Assembly: GCA_042408215.1 (NCBI GenBank) | Contig: JAYFMW010000020.1 | Span: 64,001-128,000, forward strand | DNA from: Microcoleus sp. | Lineage (GTDB): Bacteria; Cyanobacteriota; Cyanobacteriia; Cyanobacteriales; Microcoleaceae | Length of the DNA: 64,000 nucleotides | Reading direction: 5' to 3' | Shown: piece by piece, positions 19,306 through 29,931 of the stretch | How positions within the stretch are numbered: position 1 is the first letter of the stretch | Layout of the letters: each line of letters starts with the position of its first letter | Program-made: the position numbers and the translations under genes | The notes under the pieces: model-generated | What the model saw: only the letters and a program-made list of their open reading frames with translations | Told to the model about the DNA's origin: nothing | Databases searched by the model: none

Positions 19306-20934
19306 GTGAAGAGTGCATTTAACCCCTCAGAAGTATTTGAATGTGCAAGCAAAGCGGAAATCATCGATCGCATCCAACAGCTAGTTCCCCCCGGCTCTGG
19401 CGAACCACAAAACCCTGAAATCCTGGCTGCTTTACAAACTTTGACCGCCCAGTTAATCGCAGCCTACAAAGCAGACGGGAAATTAGAAAACGATCCTTTT
19501 TGCGACGTGCGCGATCGCTCCGTGCACCTCTACACCACCGGAGTCAGCAGCAAACTCAAAGGAAAAACCATTCTAGTAACCGGCGGCGAAGGATGCGTCG
19601 GCAAATTCTTAATTGAAAAACTCCTCGAACTAGGCACAAATCAAATAATTTCCGCAGACAAAGCCCGATGTCACAACCCAGAAGAAACTCGCCCTGTTTA
19701 TAACCGAAAAGGTGCTGTTACCTTCTATGCCGCTGACATTCGCAACTTTGAGGCGCTGAAATACATATTTGAAGTAGAAAAGCCAGACATTGTTTTTCAC
19801 CTAGCAGCTCAACGCTCCCCCGGACTAGCTGAAATCAAAATCCGAGAAACAGTTACAACTAGCCTTATAGGCACCCAACACGTCATCCAACTCTGCGAAG
19901 AATACGGCGTAGAACACTGCATATTTTCTTCCACAGGCAAAACATCTAGATATTTTACCACCGAAGTTTACGCAGCTTCCAAAAAGTTTGCAGAATGGCA
20001 ATTTGCCAAAGCAGCTCAAGAAGGAAACGTCACTTACGGAATGGTTCGCTTTACTCATATGTTGGAAAACAGCTTGTTCTGCGAACAAATGTCCAACAAA
20101 GTACAGCAAGGTATGACTGTCAACGTTCACGCTCCCCACCGCTACGTCACCGCTCAAAATCTGGTCGAAGCCGTACATTTATTGCTGAACGCCCTAGTTT
20201 TGTCCGTTCCCGGAAAACTCAAATTTCTCATGGTGCGAAATCTCGGTTGGCCCACAGAAACACTGGAAGTAGCACTCTACAAAATTGTTGAGTCAGGCAA
20301 AAATCTGCCGATTTATTTTCAAGGACTTTTACCGGGATACGAAGAACCATTTTTCCTCGGACAGTTTGACTGGAGCAAACCTACAGAAATTCACCTCCTG
20401 ATTAATGCTCTCGAAGACCCTTTTAGAATTGTTGGCGATTCGGGCGATCTAGTGAGTGCAGAAGTGGCTCCTTTTTCTTTCCGGGTGTTAGATCGACAAG
20501 TGTCGCACCTGGAAAGCTTAATCAGCGATCGAGATTTCCCGGAAGCACAAATCAAACAAGTTCTTGTAGCAGCGAAAAAAGAAGTCATTGCTTCCTCTTT
20601 TTCCTGGAGTTCAGCCAAAGATTTGTTGAAAATTTTGCAGTGGGGAGTCCACCCGAAGAAATTACAAGGTTACGGAACTGACATCGCTGACTACAGCGAT
20701 ATTATCGAGCTACTTCTGCAAGGAATGTACGGCCGACTCGATCGAGAAGTGCTGCACAGTGCTGGAGTTACTGCTGATGAATTTGATGAGTTAGTTGAAA
20801 GTCTTTCAACAGTGGATTCTATTCGAGCGGAAGTAGGGTATTTGCGATCGGTATCCAGATATGTCAGAGAATTTACACCGTCACAGTTAACTCCCAAAAA
20901 ATCTGACCATTTTGCCCTCCGCGATGCAGCCTAG
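19306..20934 (+). CDS. Polysaccharide biosynthesis protein (CapD/extended SDR nucleotide-sugar epimerase-dehydratase-like)
   Basis: ILVTGGEGCVG Rossmann motif, PDIVFHLAA, YAASK; adjacent to a GT2 gene. Confidence 0.75.
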   Translation: MKSAFNPSEVFECASKAEIIDRIQQLVPPGSGEPQNPEILAALQTLTAQLIAAYKADGKLENDPFCDVRDRSVHLYTTGVSSKLKGKTILVTGGEGCVGKFLIEKLLELGTNQIISADKARCHNPEETRPVYNRKGAVTFYAADIRNFEALKYIFEVEKPDIVFHLAAQRSPGLAEIKIRETVTTSLIGTQHVIQLCEEYGVEHCIFSSTGKTSRYFTTEVYAASKKFAEWQFAKAAQEGNVTYGMVRFTHMLENSLFCEQMSNKVQQGMTVNVHAPHRYVTAQNLVEAVHLLLNALVLSVPGKLKFLMVRNLGWPTETLEVALYKIVESGKNLPIYFQGLLPGYEEPFFLGQFDWSKPTEIHLLINALEDPFRIVGDSGDLVSAEVAPFSFRVLDRQVSHLESLISDRDFPEAQIKQVLVAAKKEVIASSFSWSSAKDLLKILQWGVHPKKLQGYGTDIADYSDIIELLLQGMYGRLDREVLHSAGVTADEFDELVESLSTVDSIRAEVGYLRSVSRYVREFTPSQLTPKKSDHFALRDAA

Positions 20935-20999
20935 CATCATTTGCACTAAGGCCCAAAAAACCCGGTTTCTATCAATACAGCGTATCCCAGGTTTATGAA

Positions 21000-21028
21000 G
21001 TAGGGACACGGCAGTGCCGTGTCCCTAC
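21000..21028. repeat. REP-like palindrome GTAGGGACACGGCAGTGCCGTGTCCCTAC
   Basis: Near-perfect palindrome; further copies at about 60572, 60728/60983 (split) and 61071, and a half copy at about 52895. Confidence 0.85.
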
Positions 21029-21200
21029 GGGGATTGGAGGTGTAGGGTGCATCAATATATTGGCATTGGCAAAATCTACATGATATGCTACCTTGGATAG
21101 CGTGACTGAATCAGTTGCCAAGTACAATTTAATTAAACTATTTTGATTAGATTCTGCTCAGAACCGTAGGAAGTAAAAATAAAATTAAGGTACTAGAGTT

Positions 21201-22406
21201 GTGCAAAATAATCAGCTAGCGTTCCTATTTATAGATGTGATCCTATTGGCGATCGCCCTAATCCTTCTAATTCCCGTCGCAGTTCTATTTCTAGAATGCA
21301 CAGCCGCTTTATTGTCGCGTCACAACTCCACAGCCACAACTAAATTACCCCGTCCCAAAATAGCAGTTCTAATTCCCGCTTACAACGAAGCAGCAGGAAT
21401 TGCAGCCACAATATCCACAATAATGCCACAGCTAACACCGGACGATCGCCTGTTAGTGATTGCAGACAACTGCACCGACGCTACGGCAGAAATTGCCCGT
21501 AATTGTGGTGCAATCGCGATCGAACGCCAAGACACCGAACGCAAGGGCAAGGGATACGCCCTAGACTTCGGCTTAGAGTCGATCGCCTCAGACCCCCCAG
21601 AAGTAGTAATCATGGTTGACGCAGACTGTATCTGTCAACCAGACGCCTTAGAGACATTAGCCAGAGTTGCAGTGGCTTCAAAACGACCGGTGCAAGCAAC
21701 TTATTTAATGGAACAGCCACCCAATCCTACTCCCAAAGATTCCATTTCTGCCTTAGCATTTCTAGTAAAAAACTTAGTCCGGCCCAGCGGATTAAAACAG
21801 TTAGGATTCCCATCATTACTAACAGGAACCGGCATGGCCTTTCCCTGGTCAATAATTCGATCGGTTTCCCTAGCAAGCGGCAATATTGTTGAAGATATGC
21901 AAATGAGTTTGGATTTGGCGATCGCCGGACATCCAACCATATTCTGCCCCTGGGCCAGAGTCACCGGATGTTTACCACAACAGCAGCAAGCAGCCACAAG
22001 TCAAAGAACCCGATGGGAACACGGCCACATACAGACATTGTTAACCCAAACCCCCCGCCTTGCAACAGCTTCCCTACAGCAAAAACGATTTGACCTATTG
22101 GCGATCGCCCTCGACCTATCCGTCCCTCCCCTGTCACTTTTAGTCACCATTTGGATAGCAGCTTTCGCCGCCTCATTACTAGCAGCAACCCTCGGAACAT
22201 CCCCAATTCCAGCTATCATTTTAGCAATACAAGGAATACTGATTTTAGTTTCAATTGTCGGCGCTTGGGCAAAATTTGGTCGTGCCGATATTTCCGGTTC
22301 CACTCTGTTATCCGTACCCTTTTACATCCTCTGGAAAATCCCTTTATATCTGGGTTTTATCCTGAAGCGGCAAACCAAATGGGTACGCACAGAACGCGAT
22401 GTTTGA
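21201..22406 (+). CDS. Glycosyltransferase family 2, membrane-bound
   Basis: LIPAYNEA, ADNCTD, GKGYAL, VDAD, VEDM, QRTRW. Confidence 0.9.
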   Translation: MQNNQLAFLFIDVILLAIALILLIPVAVLFLECTAALLSRHNSTATTKLPRPKIAVLIPAYNEAAGIAATISTIMPQLTPDDRLLVIADNCTDATAEIARNCGAIAIERQDTERKGKGYALDFGLESIASDPPEVVIMVDADCICQPDALETLARVAVASKRPVQATYLMEQPPNPTPKDSISALAFLVKNLVRPSGLKQLGFPSLLTGTGMAFPWSIIRSVSLASGNIVEDMQMSLDLAIAGHPTIFCPWARVTGCLPQQQQAATSQRTRWEHGHIQTLLTQTPRLATASLQQKRFDLLAIALDLSVPPLSLLVTIWIAAFAASLLAATLGTSPIPAIILAIQGILILVSIVGAWAKFGRADISGSTLLSVPFYILWKIPLYLGFILKRQTKWVRTERDV

Positions 22407-22668
22407 TATCCAATCCGGTTGATTAACCGTCTTAAGTCATTCTGAGAAACGCGAAGAATCTCAGTCTCAGTCAAGGATTGATATCAAATCCGTTGGCATC
22501 GGAATGATTCATCTCTCTCCTCTCTTCCTCTGCGTCCTCTGCGCCCTCTGCGGTTAAATCAATCATAAACAAACCGTAAACGATATGAGATGCTTCACTG
22601 CGTTCAGCATGACAGGATCATTTACCAGGATTTGATATTATACAATAACGAATCAACCGGACACGATC
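22406..22668. repeat. Nested MITE/REP cluster
   Basis: Outer TCCGGTTGATT...AATCAACCGGA inverted pair; middle GTCATTCTGA..GAAGAATCTC / GAGATGCTTC..TCAGCATGAC pair; inner ~105-bp CTCTGCG-repeat element. Confidence 0.7.
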
Positions 22669-22686
22669 TAAAAATTTAAAAAAAGC

Positions 22687-25600
22687 TCACCGCTGCACCG
22701 GAATTTCAATTATAAACTCAGCCCCTTCACCCGGTGCGGAAACGCACATTAGCTTCCCGCCATGTTTCTCTACCACAATCTGATAACTGATACTCAGTCC
22801 TAAACCCGTACCTTGGCCCACATCTTTTGTAGTAAAGAAAGGGTCAAATATTCGCGATCGTACTTCCTCCGTCATCCCAGGGCCATTATCAGCAATACAA
22901 ATTCTCACAAAGTTTTTGTCCCATACCTCAGTCCGAATCTGAATTTTTGGCTCAAAGATTTGAGATAAAGGATTTTCTAATTTGGCAGCTTTTTCGTGAA
23001 GCCCAACTCCTAACTCTACTGCATATATCGCATTACTCAAAACATTCATAAACACCTGATTTAACCCAGAAGCATAACAATTTACCTTCGGTAGTTCACC
23101 ATAGTCTTTAATCACCTGAATTCCCGACCCATCTGCATTATTTTTCAACCTGTGCTGCAAAATTAACAGAGTAGATTCAATCCCAGAATGAACATCAACT
23201 GGTTTCATGTCAGCTTCATCAAGCCTTGAGAAATTCCGCAGCGACAGCACAATATTGCGGACACGCTCAACCCCAACCCGCATCGATTGCAGCAGTTTGG
23301 GCAAATCTTCTTGAATAAAACAGATGTCAATATCTTCTGTTTTAGCAACAATTTCAGGAGTCGGATTCGGGTAAGACTGCTGGTAAAGATCGATCAATCC
23401 CAGCAAATCCGAGCTATAATCGCTAGCGTGAATGACATTGCCATAAATGAAATTAATCGGATTATTAATTTCGTGAGCAACCCCCGCCACTAATTGCCCC
23501 AAAGAAGACATTTTTTCAGTTTGAATTAGTTGAGTCTGAGTCGATCGCAATTCGGACAAAGTAACTTCCAACTGTGTCGCTTTTTCCCTCAACTGCGCCT
23601 CCGAAGTCTTTAATTCCTGCGTGCGCTCTTCTACTCTCACCTCCAGCGTCCGCGAATAATCCTCCAACTGTTCCTTAGCCGCCGACAAATTAGCAACAAG
23701 TACCGCATTTTCCAGAGATATAGCCGCTTGGGAAGAAAGCATTTTTAAAACCTCCAATCTAGTGGTCGAAAACGCTTCAGAAGTTAAATTGTTTTCCAGA
23801 TAAAGAATGCCTACGAGTTTGCTTTGATTCAGAATCGGAGTACAAAGCGCCGAGCGCACTTTCTGCCTTTTAATATATGAATCCTGTGTAAATAAACCTT
23901 CCTTAGTAGCCTCACTTAAAACCACATCAGAGTGCGTCCTTTCCACATAATTAATCACCGTTATTGGCAAAACCGACCCAGGAGCCACTGTAGGACATTG
24001 CTCAACTTCAACATCCGCAGACTCCACAGAAGCTGCTGCTTGAATCACCAATTTTCCTTCTTTGGGCATCAACAGAAAACCTTTTTGTGCGCCCGCATTC
24101 TCGATCGCAATTTTAATTAACTTTTCTAACAACCTGTCCAGCACAATTTCACTAGCTAGCGCCTGAGATGCTTTCAAAACAGTTGTCAAGTCTAATAAAC
24201 TGCTGTGACTGCTACTTGTCGAAGTAGAATTAGTGCTAATAATAGTTCGATCTGCACTAGATTTTGCCGCCGATGCAGGGGGTAAAGACATCGGATACTC
24301 TGACTCCAAATGTTTAACCTTGGCGGTTGCTCCCCAATGAAGATAGCCGTAGTAAGCATCTATCAGATAAGTCTGAGCCACTTTATTTCGACCGTTAGCT
24401 AGATAAAATTCTGCCGCTAGTTCATTGGCTAGGGCTTCTTCGTGGATGTATTCATTCTCCGACGCTCCTTTCACCGCGCGATCGTAATAGAGAGCAGCTT
24501 TTTCATATTGTCCCAATACTCGCGCTTTCTCGGCCTCTATCAAGTCATATTTATGCTGATAATTTTCGGGACAGTTCACAGCCCAATGCTTCATTTTTTT
24601 CTGAAGCGAAGCAACTTTTTTTAAATATTTTTTCTGTTCAATTTTTGAAGCTGCGGGATACAAAGCTAAGAGTGCTAGAGAATAGTAAAAATTGTGAATG
24701 GGAACATACATCATGGCCATGACAGCCTCAGAGTAACTTGATGCTGTCAGGGCATATTCAGCAGATGTTGCATAATTTTTAAATAGATAATTCAGCCATG
24801 ATTTATACAAATCTACTACAAATAATACCAGATTATTTTTACTTTCCTTTAAAGCTGGCAACATAGTTTCTTCATTACATCTCTCGCCAACTAACAGGCA
24901 AGGATTAGCTGTTTTACCTTGCAAATTTAAGACAACTTGCGCCCCAACCTTACTATGGTTTATAATAAATTTATTCTTATAATTTAGCAGCATTTCGATA
25001 TATTGACTCTGTTTGATCTCCACGGAATCCAGAGATTCACCGCTCAACAATATATAATTGCTATAAAAACTAGCACAATAACAAGCATTGTTGATATCTC
25101 CCGTTTCTAACCCGCTCTGAATACCTTCAAGTAAACCGATAAGACTTTCCCTGACGTGTTCAGACCAGTGACGGATAAAACCATTGAAACTTAGCAAGAT
25201 TGGAGATTTGTGCGAGATGGTGTGGAATCGCTCTAAAAGTGTATTAGCTAGTTGACCGTATCGGTATCCAGCATCCATATCGCCTAAAACTGCACAGTGG
25301 ATCAGCCCATAAGTTCCATAGCCGAAACTAGACAGGGGCGCATTCCCGTACTTAAGAGAAAGAATAACCATTGTAAAGATAATCAATGGGTACATATTCG
25401 GTGCTACTATAAAACTAGCGGGAGCCATATTCGTTAAAATCCTAATAGCTGCGATTTGATTAGCATCAGTCATTGGCAGCAACTCAGCTAAATCCTCAAT
25501 CCGTTTGTTTCCCATAGCTAATTTTGTCCGTATTAGCTCTATCAAAATATTGAATTTATTAGGTTTCTGAGGGAGACCAACTCCCAGCATTTTCAAAGCT

Positions 25601-28446
25601 TCGATACCCATATCTATCGAAGCTTGTGATTGATTTTGATTGAAGTAAAAACTAATTTTTAGCTCATAAACTTGGACTTTTTCGAGTAATTTTTTGGCGC
25701 GGGCTATAATAACCTCTGATAGCTTGAACGCTCGCTCAAACTCGGTATTTATATAGGACGATTCCAGCGCTTCGGCATGGAGTTCCATAATTAAACTGTA
25801 GTGACTCTGCCAAGCTCGATCGGGCAAAAGTTCTATACCTGCATTAAAATATTTGAGCGCCGCTTCATAAGCAGCAGAACTCTTAGCTTTTTTGCCAGCT
25901 ATCAGATTAAAGTTAGCTAGTTCATTTCGCTGTTCCTCATTTGTGATGAATTCCACCCCGATATTGAGTTGGTTGACAATATCAAAGATATTTTCTGCTA
26001 TCTCCGATGCCGTAGGGGCGGTGCCCCCGTGCCCGCCCTTTTGCCCCGATGCCGTAGGGGCGGTGCCCCCGTGCCCGCCCTTGTGCCCCGATGCCGTAGG
26101 GGCGGTGCCCCCGTGCCCGCCCTCTAATAGCAGATACCCGATTTTTAAGTGAGTTTGTTTTTTCTGGGAGTCAGGGATGAGAGAATAGGTGGCTTGCTGT
26201 ACGCGATCGTGCAAAAACCTGTAAGCAATTGGGCGTTGCATAATTGCGGGATGATTTTGATTGTTTTGTGGGATGGGCGTCTCGCCCGTCCGATGTGTTT
26301 TCCGGGCAGGCGGGACACCACAAGCATCATCCTCAAATTGTGCAACGCCAGAAATTGAGCTCTTAGCCTGCCCTACACAAGATCGATCGAGAATCGCAAC
26401 TCCTTCTCCATCCCCTCGCCGCTGAGAGTCGCTTTCCTCAACCAGGGGAATCTTGTAAGCATCGCTCATGGGCAGAATTAAACCAAATTGCAGCGCCTCC
26501 CATAAATCAGCAGCAGTTTCTGAGGGAGATTTTTCCCTAACAATTGCCAAATTTTCTAAACTAAAACGGTTCCCCATACAAGCAGCTAACTTTAATACTT
26601 GCTGCGTCTCCTCCGGCAGTTTTTGAATATTCCGAGCAACTAATTCAACGACACTGTAATCTACAATGCCAGCGGCTTCAATTTCCAGGAGAGCCCACTG
26701 CCACGCACCAACAGTGAAATCAAAAGCTAACAGTTTTTCTGAGTGAATAGTTGAGAAAAGTTGAGTTATAAAAAATGGATTTCCGCCAGTATTCTTAAAA
26801 ATTAACTCTGCCAGGGACTTTAAGTTTTCGGTTTCATTACCCAAAGTATCCCGTACTAGCTCAGTAACACTGCTCAACTCTAAACATGAGAGCATAATCT
26901 GATGCACCTGAGCACCAGTTTGTTCAATTTTTTCGACAGTTTGAACTAACGGATGAGTCGAATTGACTTCGTTATCTCGATAGGCTCCTATCAGTAAAAA
27001 ATATCGGCTATCCAAGTCTGTTACCAGTTCCTGAATCAATTTCAAGGAAGCTAAATCCGCCCACTGTAAATCATCCAAAAACAGAACTAATGGGTGTTCT
27101 GCTTGGGTAAACACATTCATAAATTCTTTAAACAATCGATTAAAGCGATTTTGAGATTCTGTCGGCCCCACTTGGGGAACAGCAGGCTGCGAACCAATTA
27201 TTAGTTCGACAGCAGGGACAATATCAATAATAATTCCACCGTTTTGACCTAGCCTTGACAAAAGTTTTTCTTTCCAAATTGTTAACTCTTCTGAGCTGGT
27301 TGTTAATAACTGCTGTATCAATGACTCAAAGGCTTGAGTTATTGCAGCATAAGGAATATCCCGCTTAAACTGGTCAAACTTACCAGCAATAAAATAACCC
27401 CGCTGCCGTATAATTGGTTTGTGAACTTCACTGACAACTGAGGTTTTGCCGATGCCTGAGTAACCGCTCACCAACACCATCTCAGTTTTTCCAAAGCTGA
27501 CTCGATCGAAAGCTGCCATCAAATCAGCGACTTCTTTTGTGCGGCCGTAGAGTTTTTGGGGAATCAAAAATTGACCGGATTTGTCAAGTTTCCCCGGCCT
27601 GAAATTTTCTATTTTGCCAGTAGTTTGTAGCTGATTTAGACAAGTTTCCAGGTCTGCTTTTACTCCAAAGGCACTTTGATATCTGTCTTCGGCATTTTTA
27701 GCTAATAGTTTCATGACAATGGATGAAACTATCTGCGGGACTTCATTGTTTAGTTGATGGGGAGGAACTGGCATCACCGCAATGTGGCTGTGAATTAATT
27801 CTAGCGGGTCGGTGGAGTTAAAGGGCAACTCTCCTGTCAGCATTTCATAAAACGTGATGCCTAGAGAATACAAGTCAGTTCGGTAATCAAGGTCGCGGTT
27901 CATCCGACCAGTTTGCTCTGGGGATATATAGGCTAGAGTGCCTTCTAGCACGGCGGTATTGCTATTTTGGTGAACCTCTCTAGATAGGCGGGTTGCCATG
28001 CTAAAGTCGGTGATTTTTACTTGCTTAAAATCTGGGGTGACGATCATATTTGAGGGTTTAATATCTTTATGAATAATCTGGTTTTGATGCACTTTTCCGA
28101 TAGTTTGAGCCCCTTGAATAGCCAGGGTCAAAAACTTCTGAATTTGAATACTTTTACCCGCGAGATGTTGTCTGAGAGATTGACCTCCGCAATCTTCTAA
28201 TATCAGAGCGAAACTGTTTTTATATTTTTCTAAACTATAGGGTTTGATAATCCCTTCGATTTTGAGATTCGAGCTAATTTTGTATTCATGTCTCAGGCGG
28301 GTAATTTGTTCTATTGTGGGATACTCGCTATTGAGTGTTTTAATGATGACTGACGCTTGATTTGATTCTCTGACTGCGCGATAAATGATGGATTTCACAC
28401 CAAGTTGAACAACTTCTGTGATTTTGTAACCGGGAAGTGTATTCAT
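22687..28446 (-). CDS. Hybrid Ser/Thr kinase - AAA/STAND ATPase - GAF - histidine kinase (HstK-like)
   Basis: HKDIKPSN, YISPEQTGRMNR, GYSGIGKT, LFLDDLQWAD, GAF (YLENNL), HEINNP H-box, DNGPG and GTGLGLSI. Confidence 0.93.
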   Translation of the reverse strand: MNTLPGYKITEVVQLGVKSIIYRAVRESNQASVIIKTLNSEYPTIEQITRLRHEYKISSNLKIEGIIKPYSLEKYKNSFALILEDCGGQSLRQHLAGKSIQIQKFLTLAIQGAQTIGKVHQNQIIHKDIKPSNMIVTPDFKQVKITDFSMATRLSREVHQNSNTAVLEGTLAYISPEQTGRMNRDLDYRTDLYSLGITFYEMLTGELPFNSTDPLELIHSHIAVMPVPPHQLNNEVPQIVSSIVMKLLAKNAEDRYQSAFGVKADLETCLNQLQTTGKIENFRPGKLDKSGQFLIPQKLYGRTKEVADLMAAFDRVSFGKTEMVLVSGYSGIGKTSVVSEVHKPIIRQRGYFIAGKFDQFKRDIPYAAITQAFESLIQQLLTTSSEELTIWKEKLLSRLGQNGGIIIDIVPAVELIIGSQPAVPQVGPTESQNRFNRLFKEFMNVFTQAEHPLVLFLDDLQWADLASLKLIQELVTDLDSRYFLLIGAYRDNEVNSTHPLVQTVEKIEQTGAQVHQIMLSCLELSSVTELVRDTLGNETENLKSLAELIFKNTGGNPFFITQLFSTIHSEKLLAFDFTVGAWQWALLEIEAAGIVDYSVVELVARNIQKLPEETQQVLKLAACMGNRFSLENLAIVREKSPSETAADLWEALQFGLILPMSDAYKIPLVEESDSQRRGDGEGVAILDRSCVGQAKSSISGVAQFEDDACGVPPARKTHRTGETPIPQNNQNHPAIMQRPIAYRFLHDRVQQATYSLIPDSQKKQTHLKIGYLLLEGGHGGTAPTASGHKGGHGGTAPTASGQKGGHGGTAPTASEIAENIFDIVNQLNIGVEFITNEEQRNELANFNLIAGKKAKSSAAYEAALKYFNAGIELLPDRAWQSHYSLIMELHAEALESSYINTEFERAFKLSEVIIARAKKLLEKVQVYELKISFYFNQNQSQASIDMGIEALKMLGVGLPQKPNKFNILIELIRTKLAMGNKRIEDLAELLPMTDANQIAAIRILTNMAPASFIVAPNMYPLIIFTMVILSLKYGNAPLSSFGYGTYGLIHCAVLGDMDAGYRYGQLANTLLERFHTISHKSPILLSFNGFIRHWSEHVRESLIGLLEGIQSGLETGDINNACYCASFYSNYILLSGESLDSVEIKQSQYIEMLLNYKNKFIINHSKVGAQVVLNLQGKTANPCLLVGERCNEETMLPALKESKNNLVLFVVDLYKSWLNYLFKNYATSAEYALTASSYSEAVMAMMYVPIHNFYYSLALLALYPAASKIEQKKYLKKVASLQKKMKHWAVNCPENYQHKYDLIEAEKARVLGQYEKAALYYDRAVKGASENEYIHEEALANELAAEFYLANGRNKVAQTYLIDAYYGYLHWGATAKVKHLESEYPMSLPPASAAKSSADRTIISTNSTSTSSSHSSLLDLTTVLKASQALASEIVLDRLLEKLIKIAIENAGAQKGFLLMPKEGKLVIQAAASVESADVEVEQCPTVAPGSVLPITVINYVERTHSDVVLSEATKEGLFTQDSYIKRQKVRSALCTPILNQSKLVGILYLENNLTSEAFSTTRLEVLKMLSSQAAISLENAVLVANLSAAKEQLEDYSRTLEVRVEERTQELKTSEAQLREKATQLEVTLSELRSTQTQLIQTEKMSSLGQLVAGVAHEINNPINFIYGNVIHASDYSSDLLGLIDLYQQSYPNPTPEIVAKTEDIDICFIQEDLPKLLQSMRVGVERVRNIVLSLRNFSRLDEADMKPVDVHSGIESTLLILQHRLKNNADGSGIQVIKDYGELPKVNCYASGLNQVFMNVLSNAIYAVELGVGLHEKAAKLENPLSQIFEPKIQIRTEVWDKNFVRICIADNGPGMTEEVRSRIFDPFFTTKDVGQGTGLGLSISYQIVVEKHGGKLMCVSAPGEGAEFIIEIPVQR

Positions 28447-28916
28447 GGTTTTTATTCTGTGACTAAGTGTTGGGTTAACATCGCCCTTGATGTCGGGGGG
28501 CGGGCGGACGGTACTTAATTATTTTTAGTAGTTTATATAACTTTCGATACATGAAAAGTTAAGTAATTACTCGGTGTTTTTCGAGGTAAGTAGATGCGTA
28601 AAGGTTTAGAGGGTGTGAACTGGCTGACCACAGCACCTCTGGTTGGATCTCCCGCTGAGATTTGCGGTATGACACTTCACGCAGTTGAGCATTACATTTT
28701 GACATTGTAACAAAGTCAGTGATGCCGATCGCACAGGCTTGCCAACACATCCACATCAAATCAAGATTGAGTTTCTGACTCTGCGAGCTCTGCGCCCTAG
28801 AAGAGTTAAATCATTCCGATACAACCGGAATTGATATGACTGGCAAAAATCCGCATTAATTTAGGAAAACACAAAAAATCAGAAGCTGGAAAATTCCAAA
28901 TTCTGATTTTTACTAA

Positions 28917-28988
28917 CTCCCCGGGTAGGATTTGAACCTACGACCAATCGGTTAACAGCCGACCGCTCTGCCACTGAGCTACCGAGGA
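28917..28988 (-). tRNA. trnN: tRNA-Asn (GTT), CCA not encoded
   Basis: TCCTCGGTAGCTCAGTGGCAGAGCGGTCGGCTGTTAACCGATTGGTCGTAGGTTCAAATCCTACCCGGGGAG folds into a cloverleaf. Confidence 0.97.
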
Positions 28989-29097
28989 TTGGGGCTTTTT
29001 GATTGCCACATTTACTAATAGTAACAGCAACATACTGAATTTGGCAAGGCCTGCAAGCAAACTTTTTTTTAGTCATACAGAAAGGGGGTTTCAGGAG

Positions 29098-29652
29098 TTA
29101 ATGCAGCCCCATTCTCAGTTTAGCGAGGCGCTGTTGGGATTCAGGATCGAGAGAACTGGCGAGAAAGCGACTGGAAGTTTGTTTGCGGGATTTGTGCAGG
29201 CGCTCGCTGCGGCGGGCTGTGGATTCGACATCAGCAGCCAGTTGATCGGCAGACATCCATTCGGCACCGTAGCCGACGACGGTTAATTGCTGCGCTCGGT
29301 CTGAGGTAGCGACAATCATGCGGCCTTTTCCCGATCGCGATCGCAATTCATAGCGCAAACTAGCACAAGATTTTTCAATATAAGTATCTGCTGTCTGACC
29401 GAAGTCAGTGTAGTGCACCGATAAATGTTTAGTAATAATTTCTTTAACGCTGGGGGTATCTCGGTAGTGCGCGTCAAACACCAGTCGAGCCTCAAAATCT
29501 TGAACAGCGCTGTAGTTAACTAAAACCTCTATTAACTCACGGCGAGCTGTTTCGAGTTGGTCCCGATCGCGCTTTTCTCGGAGTCGAGGCCAAAGCCCAA
29601 TCATGTTATAGCCGTCTACAAGTAAAACTGCTTGCGATACATAGGGTGACAT
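29098..29652 (-). CDS. NYN domain ribonuclease (YacP/Rae1-like)
   Basis: LLVDGYNMI, VFDA, QTADTYIE, VATSD. Confidence 0.9.
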   Translation of the reverse strand: MSPYVSQAVLLVDGYNMIGLWPRLREKRDRDQLETARRELIEVLVNYSAVQDFEARLVFDAHYRDTPSVKEIITKHLSVHYTDFGQTADTYIEKSCASLRYELRSRSGKGRMIVATSDRAQQLTVVGYGAEWMSADQLAADVESTARRSERLHKSRKQTSSRFLASSLDPESQQRLAKLRMGLH

Positions 29653-29763
29653 GGTTCAAGGCTGAATGGCTCCAGCATATATAGGACATTATTTGTTTAA
29701 ACATCAAAGCTTTTGTTGAATTTTATTACAAATGGATGTCTAGTATCAAGTCCGGTTGAGTAC

Positions 29764-29850
29764 GGGCCTGGGGCCTGGGGCCTGGGGCCTGGGGCCTGGC
29801 GGCCTGGGGCCTGGGGCCTGGGGCCTGGGGCCTGGGGCATGGGGCATGGC
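29764..29850. repeat. Heptamer tandem repeat (GGGGCCT)n
   Basis: About 11-12 copies, followed by a CCCCCTAAATCCC..GGGGATTTGGGGG palindrome at about 29864-29900. Confidence 0.9.
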
Positions 29851-29931
29851 GGCAAAAAATCAACCCCCTAAATCCCGTGGCCAAGGGGGGATTTGGGGGG
29901 TAAATGTTGTACTAGGGAGCAATTTGCGGGC

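Noticed and set aside
27990..28020. DFS instead of DFG as evidence of a dead kinase
   Set aside because: This variant is common in this cyanobacterial hybrid kinase family, and HKDIKP is intact.
28860..28988. tRNA-Asn as an integration site
   Set aside because: No integrase and no duplicated tRNA 3' end were seen in the window.
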